Source: Macrostomum lignano
Lineage: Eukaryota
DNA: 64,000 bases
Assembly (NCBI GenBank): GCA_002269645.1
Contig: NIVC01002717.1
Span: 1 to 64,000 of the forward strand
Direction of reading: 5' to 3'
A model generated the notes under the pieces. The model was given only the letters and a program-made list of their open reading frames with translations, searched no databases and was not told the origin of the DNA. The translations under genes were made by a program, and so were the position numbers. Below are positions 23,094 through 34,800 of the stretch, piece after piece (position 1 is the stretch's first letter; each line of letters starts with the position of its first letter).

Positions 23094-23999
23094 ATGCATC
23101 GCTACCCCTACAGCACTGCCGCGGCTGCTGGAGCCGCTGCGGCCGCCGCTGCACAGCCGTCGGCCAGAGGTTTAACCGCCAGCCGTCGCCTTGAGATGGA
23201 AGCCGAAGTGAATCGATTCGAAGCCGAGCTTCGGCAGGACTTGAGACCGCAGGCGCCCATCCAGCAACAGCAGACGGGTTTCGGAAGCTTCCCGCCGCCT
23301 CCGCCCCCGCCGCCTCCGATGCCTTCCCAGGCTCCGCCGGCATCTCAGTTTCTTCCTCATCATCAGCAACTGTCCATGCCGCCTAGGACTGTGTACTCTG
23401 CTCAGCCTCAGATTGTTCGCCAGCACCAGCCATCGCCTGCGGCTGCTGTCGTTGCGGCCCCCTTGCCTCCCCCGCCGCCCCCGCCACCCCCGCCGCCTCC
23501 TCCTCCGATGCCCTCCATGCCGATGATGCCTTCGGCTGCAGACGCCAGCCAGGCTGCATTTCCTGGAGCACCTGGTGCTGCCGCTTCTACTTCTAGTAGC
23601 AATACTAAAAACAGCAAAAAGAAGCGATTCGTCAGAACGGCCGGCGGGCAAGTGTGGGAAGACCCAAGCTTAGCCGAATGGGATCCGAACGATTTTCGAA
23701 TCTTCTGCGGCGATCTTGGCAACGAAGTTAACGACGACGTGTTGACCAGAGCGTTCAGCAAGTACGGCTCGTTCCAGAAGGCCAAAGTGGTGCGAGACCA
23801 CCGCAGCAACAAGAGCAAAGGCTACGGCTTTGTCAGCTTCAAAGATCCGCAAGATTTTGTTCGCGCACTGCACGAAATGAATGGCAAATATGTTGGCAAT
23901 CGGCCTATCAAACTGCGCCGTAGCAACTGGAAGGAGAGAGAGATCACTTCGGTGAAGAAGAAAATTAAAGAGAAACGTAAAATGGGTCTCAAGGTGTGA
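23094..23999 (+). CDS. RBM42: RNA-binding protein 42 (Pro-rich N-terminus, C-terminal RRM), intronless
   Basis: 301 aa. R.AGGQVWEDPSL.EWD..DFRIFCGDLGNEVNDD.L.RAFS...SF.KAKVVRD.R.NKSKGYGFVSFKDP.D..RA..EMNGKYVG.RPIKLR.S.WK.R is the RBM42 signature. Confidence 0.93.
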   Translation: MHRYPYSTAAAAGAAAAAAAQPSARGLTASRRLEMEAEVNRFEAELRQDLRPQAPIQQQQTGFGSFPPPPPPPPPMPSQAPPASQFLPHHQQLSMPPRTVYSAQPQIVRQHQPSPAAAVVAAPLPPPPPPPPPPPPPPMPSMPMMPSAADASQAAFPGAPGAAASTSSSNTKNSKKKRFVRTAGGQVWEDPSLAEWDPNDFRIFCGDLGNEVNDDVLTRAFSKYGSFQKAKVVRDHRSNKSKGYGFVSFKDPQDFVRALHEMNGKYVGNRPIKLRRSNWKEREITSVKKKIKEKRKMGLKV

Positions 24000-24057
24000 T
24001 TAGACTGTTTGACTCTGACGGCTTTTGTTACGAGTCTTGCTTTTATTATGTATTTGC

Positions 24058-24537
24058 TTGTGGATTGCTAATCTATCCAATCATGGGTGTTTCCCTCAGA
24101 AGTGGATTGTTAATCTATCCAATCATTGGTGTTTCCCTCAGAAATGGATTGTTAATCTATCCAATCATGGGTGTTTCCCTCAGAAGTGGATTGCTAATCT
24201 ATCCAATCATGGGTGTTTCCCTCAGAAGTGGATTGCTAATCTATCCAATCATGGGTGTTTCCCTCAGAAGTGGATTGCTAATCTATCCAATCATGGGTGT
24301 TTCCCTCAGAAGTGGATTGCTAATCTATCCAATCATGGGTGTTTCCCTCAGAAGTGGATTGTTAATCTATCCAATCATTGGTGTTTCCCTCAGAAATGGA
24401 TTGTTAATCTATCCAATCATGGGTGTTTCCCTCAGAAGTGGATTGCTAATCTATCCAATCATGGGTGTTTCCCTCAGAAGTGGATTGCTAATCTATCCAA
24501 TCATGGGTGTTTCCCTCAGAAGTGGATTGTTAATCTA
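24058..24537. repeat. 42-bp minisatellite ~60 bp after the RBM42 stop
   Basis: gtggattgctaatctatccaatcatgggtgtttccctcagaa, ~11 copies. Confidence 0.95.
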
Positions 24538-24859
24538 TAAATATGTATTCAAATTTGTAATTATTGCTTAGTCCAAGCTCTCAAATAAGTTAAATACGAG
24601 TATAATTCACACCTATGTGTACTTTACTTGCGTGTTTCCTTTATTGCTTGTTAATTGAGCTGAAAGCATTGCTTATGTATAATTGAAAATTGAAAAAATA
24701 CTTGTTATAATACAACGTAATAAGCTTATATTGTTATTAGTTCTTAATAAGCTAGTGGTCCTTGCTTGTGTACAAAAAATTACTTATAAGAAAACTAATG
24801 TTTTGTGTTTATTGATTTATTAAACTAGCTGGTCCAGCGAAGGTTATTACGGACCCAGA

Positions 24860-25350
24860 TCTCGAGTTTCCGGGTCAGCCTCCTAGATCCTCAGTTTCCG
24901 GGCCAGCCTCCCAGATCTTCAGTTGCTGGGCCAGCCTCCCAGATCCCCAGTTGCTGGGCCAGCCTCCCAGATCCCCAGTTGCTGGGGCATGGGCCAGCCT
25001 CCCAGATCCTCAGTTGCAGGGCCAGCCTCCCAGATCCCCAGTTGCTGGGCCAGCCTCCCAGATCCCCAGTTGCTGGGGCATGGGCCAGCCTCCCAGATCC
25101 TCAGTTGCAGGGCCAGCCTCCCAGATCCTCAGTTGCTGGGCCAGCCTCCCAGATCCTCAGTTGCTGGGCCAGCCTCCCAGAGTGACAGTTGCTGAGCCAG
25201 CCTCCCAGATCCCCAGTTTTTGGGCCAGCCTCCCAGAGTCTCAGTCTGGGCCAGCCTCTCAGAGTGTCAGTCTGGGCCAGCCTCTCAGAGTGTCAGTCTG
25301 GGCCAGCCTCATAGATCCCCAATTGTTGGGCCAGCCTCACAGATCCTCAG
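24860..25350. repeat. Second locus of the 28-bp ctgggccagcctcccagatcc minisatellite
   Basis: Same unit and orientation as 11580-13110. Confidence 0.9.
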
Positions 25351-25639
25351 TATTTGTGCCCTTTTAGGTAACCTACAGTAATGTTAGTGCACGTTCCCAA
25401 TCCCGTGATGCAAATATTTATTATTTCGCTTGCTGCTGCAACCACGGATTAAGAGGAGGACAATTTTTATAGTACATTTTATAAACATATTTTTTAGGAG
25501 AAGCGTTTAAGAAAAAGGAAATCCATAATTGTCAATAATTGATTTAGTAATGTGCAGCCAATGGGGAAAGTACTTGCTTCAGTAAAACGCTTTTCTTCTA
25601 CATTGTACATTGGCTGCGGTATATAGTGTGTAGCAACCA

Positions 25640-26260
25640 GGGAGGTTTTGGAGTGAGGTTGGTGCAGGGATCCGCGGGAGGCTAGAAATGTAGAGGTTTG
25701 GAGTGAGGTGGGTGCAGGGATCCGCGGGAGGCTAGAAATGTAGAGGTTTGGAGTGAGGTTAGTGCAGGGATCCGCGGGAGGCTAGAAATGTAGAGGTTTG
25801 GAGTGAGGTGGGTGCAGGGATCCGCGGGAGGCTAGAAATGTAGAGGTTTGGAGTGAGGTGGGTGCAGGGATCCGCGGGAGGCTAGAAATGTAGAGTTTTG
25901 GAGTGAGGTGGGTGCAGGGATCCGCGGGAGGCTAGAAATGTAGAGGTTTGGAGTGAGGTGGGTGCAGGGATCCGCGGAGGCTAGAAATGTAGAGGTTTGG
26001 AGTGAGGTTAGTGCAGGGATCCGCGGGAGGCTAGAAATGTAGAGTTTTGGAGTGAGGTGGGTGCAGGGATCCGCGGGAGGCTAGAAATGTAGAGTTTTGG
26101 AGTGAGGTGGGTGCGGGATTCCGCGGGGGTAGAAATGTAGAGTTTTGGAGTGAGGTGGGTGCGGGATTCCGCGGGGTAGAAATGTAGAGGTTTGGAGTGA
26201 GGTGGGTGCGGGGATCCGCGGGGCTAGAACTGTAGAGGTTTGGAGTGACGTGGGTGCAGG
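25640..26260. repeat. 50-bp G-rich minisatellite
   Basis: gaggtttggagtgaggtgggtgcagggatccgcgggaggctagaaatgta, ~12 copies (25681 and 25731). Confidence 0.95.
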
Positions 26261-26417
26261 GATAGACAGAAAGAGAGACAGGAATGTACTCGTAGGGGTT
26301 CGGATTTATTTGAGTACAAGTAATATGCCAGAAAAAAATCAATAATAATTTTATCAAAATCTCTGCTTTGTTTATTTATGATTGCTGAGATTCCGCTTGC
26401 ATGTAATGAAATGGTAT

Positions 26418-26781
26418 TATTTTTTTATTAGAGGCAGGGGGTTGTGTGCACCCTGGCGCACTTTAAGCGACATAGGCACACAACCGGCGAGAGGCATTAC
26501 TGCCCATTCCGCCGACTCCCCTGAGCAGGCACACAAGCGCGCGGATACGTACGCAGGCACACACTCACACAGGAGTGTACAGCGGCCCTAACTTTATATT
26601 ATCGTTAGGCATGTACACTTCACTGCGCCTTGGGGGGTTGGCTCTCAAGGCCGTTAATTGCACGAGCAGAGCCAAGCCGAGATTCCAATTCAGCCCCAAA
26701 TTAATGTGACTGCACTTGGAATCGAGCCTGGGTCGCTGGCACACCAGAGCAGCTGCGCTACCGCTGGGCTACGGCCCCCCC
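26418..26781 (-). mobile_element. tRNA-derived SINE
   Basis: The minus-strand head GGCCGTAGCCCAGCGGTAGCGC..CCAGGCTCGATTCC has Pol III A-box and B-box matches but broken stems. It is followed by a ~290-bp body and an A-rich tail. Flanking direct repeat taat[g/a]aaatggtat at 26404-26417 and 26795-26808. Confidence 0.55.
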
Positions 26782-27119
26782 TTAATAATAATAATAATAA
26801 AATGGTATGGCTTCAACTACTTTAATATGAATCAATATTGGAGAGCATAGCAGGATGCAGAGTGCAGCTGGCTCGCATATTACGAGTACATGTGTATGCA
26901 TACGCAGTCTCGTGGCTTATTTGGCGAGTTACTCGACATCCAGGGGTTTAAAGAATCACGATTCGGAACGCGTGCTCATCAATTTTTTGCAAAGCTGTCC
27001 GTCGTTTTTGTCCTATTAATATATTCTGTCTATTTTTCATGTCGGCACCATTCGTTAAAAGTTTCAGCGTTGAGCAATATGATTGCACTCTGCTTGCTAG
27101 TGCTGGCTTAATTGAACTA

Positions 27120-28200
27120 GAGGCGCCCCACTAAAGATTAAAATGGCGCCCCACCAAAGAGTCAAATAGCGCACCAATGAAGTGTCAAATAGCGCCCCAC
27201 CAAAGGGTCAAATAGCGCCCCAATGAAGTGTCAAATAGCGCCCCACCAAAAAGTCAAATGGCGCCCCACCAAAGAGTCAAATAGCGCCCACCAAAGAGTC
27301 AAATAGCGCCCACCAAAGAGTCAAATAGCGCACCACTAAAGAGTCAAATAGCGCCCCAATGAAGTATCAAATAGCGCCCCACCAAAGAGTCAAATAGCGC
27401 ACCACCAAATAGTCAAATAGCGCCCCACCAAAGAGTCAAATAGCGCACCACTAAAGAGTCAAATAGCGCACCACTAAAGAGTCAAATAGCGCACCACTAA
27501 AGAGTCAAATAGCGCACCACCAAAGAGTCAAATAGCGCACCACTAAAGAGTCAAATAGCGCCCCACCAAAGAGTCAAATAGCGCATTACCAAAGAGTCAA
27601 ATAGCGCCCACCAAAGAGTCAAATAGCGCACCACTAAAGAGTCAAATAGCGCCCCAATGAAGTGTCAAATAGCGCCCCACCAAAGAGTCAAATAGCGCAC
27701 CACCAAAGAGTCAAATAGCGCACCACTAAAGAGTCAAATAGCGCACCACTAAAGAGTCAAATAGCGCACCACTAAGGAGTCAAATAGCGCACCACCAAAG
27801 AGTCAAATAGCGCACCACTAAAGGATCAAATAGCGCCCCACCAAAGAGTCAAATAGCGCATTACCAAAGAGTCAAATAGCGCACCACTAAAGAGTCAAAT
27901 AGCGCCCCACCAAAGAGTCAAATAGCGCACCACTAAAGAGTCAAATAGCGCCCCACCAAAGAGTCAAATAGCGCACCACTAAAGAGTCAAATAGCGCCCC
28001 ACCAAAGAGTCAAATAGCGCACCACTAAAGAGTCAAATAGCGCCCCACCAAAGAGTCAAATAGCGCACCACCAAAGAGTCAAATGTCGCCCGACTAAAGA
28101 GTCAAATAGCGCACCACTATAGGGTCAAACGGCGCCCCACTATAGGGTCAAACGGCGCCCCAATGAAGGGTCAAACGGCGCTCCAATGAGGGTCGAACGG
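27120..28200. repeat. 23-bp minisatellite (caccactaaagagtcaaatagcg)
   Basis: Direct periodicity. Confidence 0.95.
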
Positions 28201-28699
28201 CGTCCACAGGTTTTTTAGCTTAGAACGTTGAATTCATGGACTATTAGTTCATGGACTATTCAATCCAGACCTCAAGTCTGATTAGTGTCACACGCAATGC
28301 CTACGCCTGTGCCCATGCCGCTTCACCATTGGGCGGGAGATGAGTAAATACAGAGCACGGGAAAAGAGAAGAGAGGGCAAATGGCTCCACCCTGCTCGAG
28401 CTTCCCAGCCTCCCTTTCAGCAGATGAGGCAGACTGTAAAGACACAAGCAGGACATCCGCCTGTAATGTTGTAGACGGATTAAAGTTAAATAATCCAAAA
28501 GCTTGCTGACTGGAAAACACTTCTCTTCCAAAAGTCCGTAAGTTCTTCGGCTTTTAAATAATTTTTTATAACTATTCTAGCAAAAAGTGAAGATTTCAGA
28601 AAACCATGTTTTAAAATCTCCTGCAGACATCTCATGGATTCTCATACAGGGCGTAGAAATCTCGCATAGAGATCTCAGAAATCTTTTATAGATATCTTA

Positions 28700-29260
28700 A
28701 AAAATAGAGATCTCACACAGAAATCTCATGCGAAGATCTCATAGAAATCTCATGCAGAGATCCGAGACAGACTAGAAATCTCATGCGGAGATCTCATAGA
28801 AATCTCATGCAGAGATCCCAGACAGACTAGAAATCTCATGCGAAGATCTCATAGAAAACTCATGCAGAGATCCCAGACAGACTAGAAATCTCATGCGAAG
28901 ATCTCATAGAAATCTCATGCAGAGATCCCAGACAGACTAGAAATCTCATGCGAAGATCTCATAGAAATCTCATGCAGAGATCCCAGACAGACTAGAAATC
29001 TCATGCGGAGATCTCATAGAAATCTCATGCAGAGATCCCAGACAGACTAGAAATCTCATGCGGAGATCTCATAGAAATCTCATGCAGAGATCCCAGACAG
29101 ACTAGAAATCTCATGCGAAGATCTCATAGAAATCTCATGCAGAGATCCCAGACAGACTAGAAATCTCATGCGAAGATCTCATAGAAATCTCATGCAGAGA
29201 TCCCAGACAGAAATCTCGTTGGAAGGTCTCAGAATCTTGCACGAGATCTCATAAAAATCT
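28700..29260. repeat. 55-bp minisatellite (gaaatctcatgcgaagatctcatagaaatctcatgcagagatcccagacagacta)
   Basis: Period seen at 28771 and 28826; the unit is an internal dimer. Confidence 0.9.
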
Positions 29261-29649
29261 CATACAGAGATCCCAGACGGAATTCTCATGCGAAGGTCTC
29301 CCACAAACCTCATGGAGATCCCCGATTTCAAAGGTTCTCTTCTTTGATTGGCTAAAATTGATGTGGATCAGAGATCTCAGAGACAGAGATAAGGGATTAT
29401 CAATGCGGATTACCTACAGTATGTTTCGAAGCCTGCAACAGACTGATAAACTGCGACATCACTGTCACATCAAGATGCTTTTGATAGCTGTGTGACTGAC
29501 TCACCATTGTTTATGCTCTTTTTTTCCTGTGCTCCTTTGTTTTTGACCAGATGAATCGGATCGATAATTGCTTGTCCTGAAAACAGGATAACCGAGGGTT
29601 CATATAACTATAGTCAAATTTAGATACTCACTAACAGCTTAACTACTCA

Positions 29650-30870
29650 ACTCGTGAACTCATAGACTCGTGAACTCATAGACTCGTGAACTCATAGACT
29701 CGTGAACTCATAGACTCGTGAACTCATAGACTCGTGAACTCATAGACTCGTGAACTCATAGACTCGTGAACTCATAGACTCGTGAACTCATAGACTCGTG
29801 AACTCATAGACTCGTGAACTCATAGACTCGTGAACTCATAGACTCGTGAACTCATAGACTCGTGAACTCATAGACTCGTGAACTCATAGACTCGTGAACT
29901 CATAGACTCGTGAACTCATAGACTCGTGAACTCATAGACTCGTGAACTCATAGACTCGTGAACTCATAGACTCGTGAACTCATAGACTCGTGAACTCATA
30001 GACTCGTGAACTCATAGACTCGTGAACTCATAGACTCGTGAACTAATAGACTCGTGAACTCATAGACTTGTGAACTCATAGACTCGTGAACTCATAGACT
30101 TGTGAACTCATAGACTCGTGAACTCATAGACTTGTGAACTCATAGACTCGTGAACTCATAGACTCGTGAACTCATAGACTCGTGAACTCATAGACTCGTG
30201 AACTCATAGACTCGTGAACTCATAGACTCGTGAACTCATAGACTCGTGAACTCATAGACTCGTGAACTCATAGACTCGTGAACTCATAGACTCGTGAACT
30301 CATAGACTCGTGAACTCATAGACTCGTGAACTCATAGACTCGTGAACTCATAGACTCGTGAACTCATAGACTCGTGAACTCATAGACTCGTGAACTCATA
30401 GACTCGTGAACTCATAGACTCGTGAACTCATAGACTCGTGAACTCATAGACTCGTGAACTCATAGACTCGTGAACTAATAGACTCGTGAACTCATAGACT
30501 CGTGAACTCATAGACTCGTGAACTCATAGACTCGTGAACTCATAGACTCGTGAACTCATAGACTCGTGAACTCATAGACTCGTGAACTCATAGACTCGTG
30601 AACTCATAGACTCGTGAACTCATAGACTCGTGAACTCATAGACTCGTGAACTCATAGACTCGTGAACTCATAGACTCGTGAACTCATAGACTCGTGAACT
30701 CATAGACTCGTGAACTCATAGACTCGTGAACTCATAGACTCGTGAACTCATAGACTCGTGAACTCATAGACTCGTGAACTCATAGACTCGTGAACTCATA
30801 GACTCGTGAACTCATAGACTCGTGAACTCATAGACTCGTGAACTCATAGACTCGTGAACTCATAGACTCG
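29650..30870. repeat. Near-perfect 16-bp satellite (gactcgtgaactcata), ~76 copies
   Basis: Direct periodicity with very few variants. Confidence 0.97.
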
Positions 30871-31039
30871 CGAGATTCACACCTGCTGTTCTCAGCTTAA
30901 TCAGTCAGAAATTAATTCTGTTTTTGTAAAGTTTGTCCAGAAACATATTAGTGTTAGTTTTTTATCAAACTGCACGTTTGGCTAGTGTGTAACAGGTGGA
31001 TTGTACCATGCCTGTTTAGCAGGTAGATAGAACTGCTAG

Positions 31040-31810
31040 ATTCCAGATTCAAAATTAGCATGAGATCTACTAGATCTAGTCTCAAGATAAGCGTGAGATC
31101 TACTAGATCTACTCTCTCTAGCGATAAAAGCATGAGATCTACGATCTAGTCTCAAGATAAGCGTGAGATCTACTAGATCTACTCTCTCTAGCGATATAAG
31201 CATGAGATCTACTAGATCTAGTCTCAAGATAAGCGTGAGATCTACTAGATCTACTCTCTCTAGCGATATAAGCATGAGATCTACTAGATCTAGTCTCAAG
31301 ATAAGCGTGAGATCTACTAGATCTACTCTCTCTAGCGATATAAGCATGAGATCTACTAGATCTAGTCTCAAGATAAGCGTGAGATCTACTAGATCTACTC
31401 TCTCTAGCGATATAAGCATGAGATCTACTAGATCTAGTCTCAAGATAAGCATGAGTTCTACTAGATCTAGTCTCAAGATAAGCATGAGATCTACTAGATC
31501 TACTCTCTTTAGCGATATAAGCATGAGACCTACTAGATCTACTCTCTCTCTAGAGATATAAGCATGAGATTTACTAGATCTACTCTCTCTAGAGATATAA
31601 GCATGAGATCGACTAGATCTACTCTCTCTAGAGATATAAGCATGAGATCGACTAGATTTAGTCTTCAGATTATCATGAGATCTACTAGATATAGTCTCGA
31701 GATAAGCGTGAGATCTACAAGATCTACTCTCTCTAGCGATAGAAGCATGAGATCGACTAGATCTACTCTCTCTAGAGATATAAGCATGAGATCGACTAGA
31801 TTTATTCTCT
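31040..31810. repeat. Degenerate 33/39-bp array forming a 72-bp higher-order repeat
   Basis: agcatgagatctactagatcta[gtctcaagata/ctctctctagcgatat]; period seen at 31191 and 31263. Confidence 0.9.
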
Positions 31811-34800
31811 AGATATAAGCATGAGATCTACTAGATCTAGTCTAAAATGACACAGTATTCTGGTCGACAGTCATAAGAGAACATGGGTTCCCCTGCAGAG
31901 ACAGAAGATATAAGCATGAGATCTACTAGATCTAGTCTAAAATGACACAGTATTCTGGTCGACAGTCATAAGAGAACATGGGTTCCCCTGCAGAGACAGA
32001 AGATATAAGCATGAGATCTACTAGATCTAGTCTAAAATGACACAGTATTCTGGTCGACAGTCATAAGAGAACATGGGTTCCCCTGCAGAGACAGAAGATA
32101 TAAGCATGAGATCTACTAGATCTAGTCTAAAATGACACAGTATTCTGGTCGACAGTCATAAGAGAACATGAGTTCCCCTGCAGAGACAGAAGATATAAGC
32201 ATGAGATCTACTAGATCTAGTCTAAAATGACACAGTATTCTGGTCGACAGTCATAAGAGAACATGGGTTCCCCTGCAGAGACAGAAGATATAAGCATGAG
32301 ATCTACTAGATCTAGTCTAAAATGACACAGTATTCTGGTCGACAGTCATAAGAGAACATGGGTTCCCCTGCAGAGACAGAAGATATAAGCATGAGATCTA
32401 CTAGATCTAGTCTAAAATGACACAGTATTCTGGTCGACAGTCATAAGAGAACATGGGTTCCCCTGCAGAGACAGAAGATATAAGCATGAGATCTACTAGA
32501 TCTAGTCTAAAATGACACAGTATTCTGGTCGACAGTCATAAGAGAACATGGGTTCCCCTGCAGAGACAGAAGATATAAGCATGAGATCTACTAGATCTAG
32601 TCTAAAATGACACAGTATTCTGGTCGACAGTCATAAGAGAACATGGGTTCCCCTGCAGAGACAGAAGATATAAGCATGAGATCTACTAGATCTAGTCTAA
32701 AATGACACAGTATTCTGGTCGACAGTCATAAGAGAACATGGGTTCCCCTGCAGAGACAGAAGATATAAGCATGAGATCTACTAGATCTAGTCTAAAATGA
32801 CACAGTATTCTGGTCGACAGTCATAAGAGAGCATGGGTTCCCCTGCAGAGACAGAAGATATAAGCATGAGATCTACTAGATCTAGTCTAAAATGACACAG
32901 TATTCTGGTCGACAGTCATAAGAGAACATGAGTTCCCCTGCAGAGACAGAAGATATAAGCATGAGATCTACTAGATCTAGTCTAAAATGACACAGTATTC
33001 TGGTCGACAGTCATAAGAGAACATGAGTTCCCCTGCAGAGACAGAAGATATAAGCATGAGATCTACTAGATCTAGTCTAAAATGACACAGTATTCTGGTC
33101 GACAGTCATAAGAGAACATGGGTTCCCCTGCAGAGACAGAAGATATAAGCATGAGATCTACTAGATCTAGTCTAAAATGACACAGTATTCTGGTCGACAG
33201 TCATAAGAGAACATGGGTTCCCCTGCAGAGACAGAAGATATAAGCATGAGATCTACTAGATCTAGTCTAAAATGACACAGTATTCTGGTCGACAGTCATA
33301 AGAGAACATGGGTTCCCCTGCAGAGACAGAAGATATAAGCATGAGATCTACTAGATCTAGTCTAAAATGACACAGTATTCTGGTCGACAGTCATAAGAGA
33401 ACATGGGTTCCCCTGCAGAGACAGAAGATATAAGCATGAGATCTACTAGATCTAGTCTAAAATGACACAGTATTCTGGTCGACAGTCATAAGAGAACATG
33501 GGTTCCCCTGCAGAGACAGAAGATATAAGCATGAGATCTACTAGATCTAGTCTAAAATGACACAGTATTCTGGTCGACAGTCATAAGAGAACATGGGTTC
33601 CCCTGCAGAGACAGAAGATATAAGCATGAGATCTACTAGATCTAGTCTAAAATGACACAGTATTCTGGTCGACAGTCATAAGAGAACATGGGTTCCCCTG
33701 CAGAGACAGAAGATATAAGCATGAGATCTACTAGATCTAGTCTAAAATGACACAGTATTCTGGTCGACAGTCATAAGAGAACATGGGTTCCCCTGCAGAG
33801 ACAGAAGATATAAGCATGAGATCTACTAGATCTAGTCTAAAATGACACAGTATTCTGGTCGACAGTCATAAGAGAACATGGGTTCCCCTGCAGAGACAGA
33901 AGATATAAGCATGAGATCTACTAGATCTAGTCTAAAATGACACAGTATTCTGGTCGACAGTCATAAGAGAACATGGGTTCCCCTGCAGAGACAGAAGATA
34001 TAAGCATGAGATCTACTAGATCTAGTCTAAAATGACACAGTATTCTGGTCGACAGTCATAAGAGAACATGGGTTCCCCTGCAGAGACAGAAGATATAAGC
34101 ATGAGATCTACTAGATCTAGTCTAAAATGACACAGTATTCTGGTCGACAGTCATAAGAGAACATGGGTTCCCCTGCAGAGACAGAAGATATAAGCATGAG
34201 ATCTACTAGATCTAGTCTAAAATGACACAGTATTCTGGTCGACAGTCATAAGAGAACATGAGTTCCCCTGCAGAGACAGAAGATATAAGCATGAGATCTA
34301 CTAGATCTAGTCTAAAATGACACAGTATTCTGGTCGACAGTCATAAGAGAACATGAGTTCCCCTGCAGAGACAGAAGATATAAGCATGAGATCTACTAGA
34401 TCTAGTCTAAAATGACACAGTATTCTGGTCGACAGTCATAAGAGAACATGGGTTCCCCTGCAGAGACAGAAGATATAAGCATGAGATCTACTAGATCTAG
34501 TCTAAAATGACACAGTATTCTGGTCGACAGTCATAAGAGAACATGGGTTCCCCTGCAGAGACAGAAGATATAAGCATGAGATCTACTAGATCTAGTCTAA
34601 AATGACACAGTATTCTGGTCGACAGTCATAAGAGAACATGGGTTCCCCTGCAGAGACAGAAGATATAAGCATGAGATCTACTAGATCTAGTCTAAAATGA
34701 CACAGTATTCTGGTCGACAGTCATAAGAGAACATGGGTTCCCCTGCAGAGACAGAAGATATAAGCATGAGATCTACTAGATCTAGTCTAAAATGACACAG

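Noticed and set aside
26710-26781. Functional tRNA gene
   Set aside because: The T-stem and anticodon stem do not pair; it is followed by a SINE-like body and tail.
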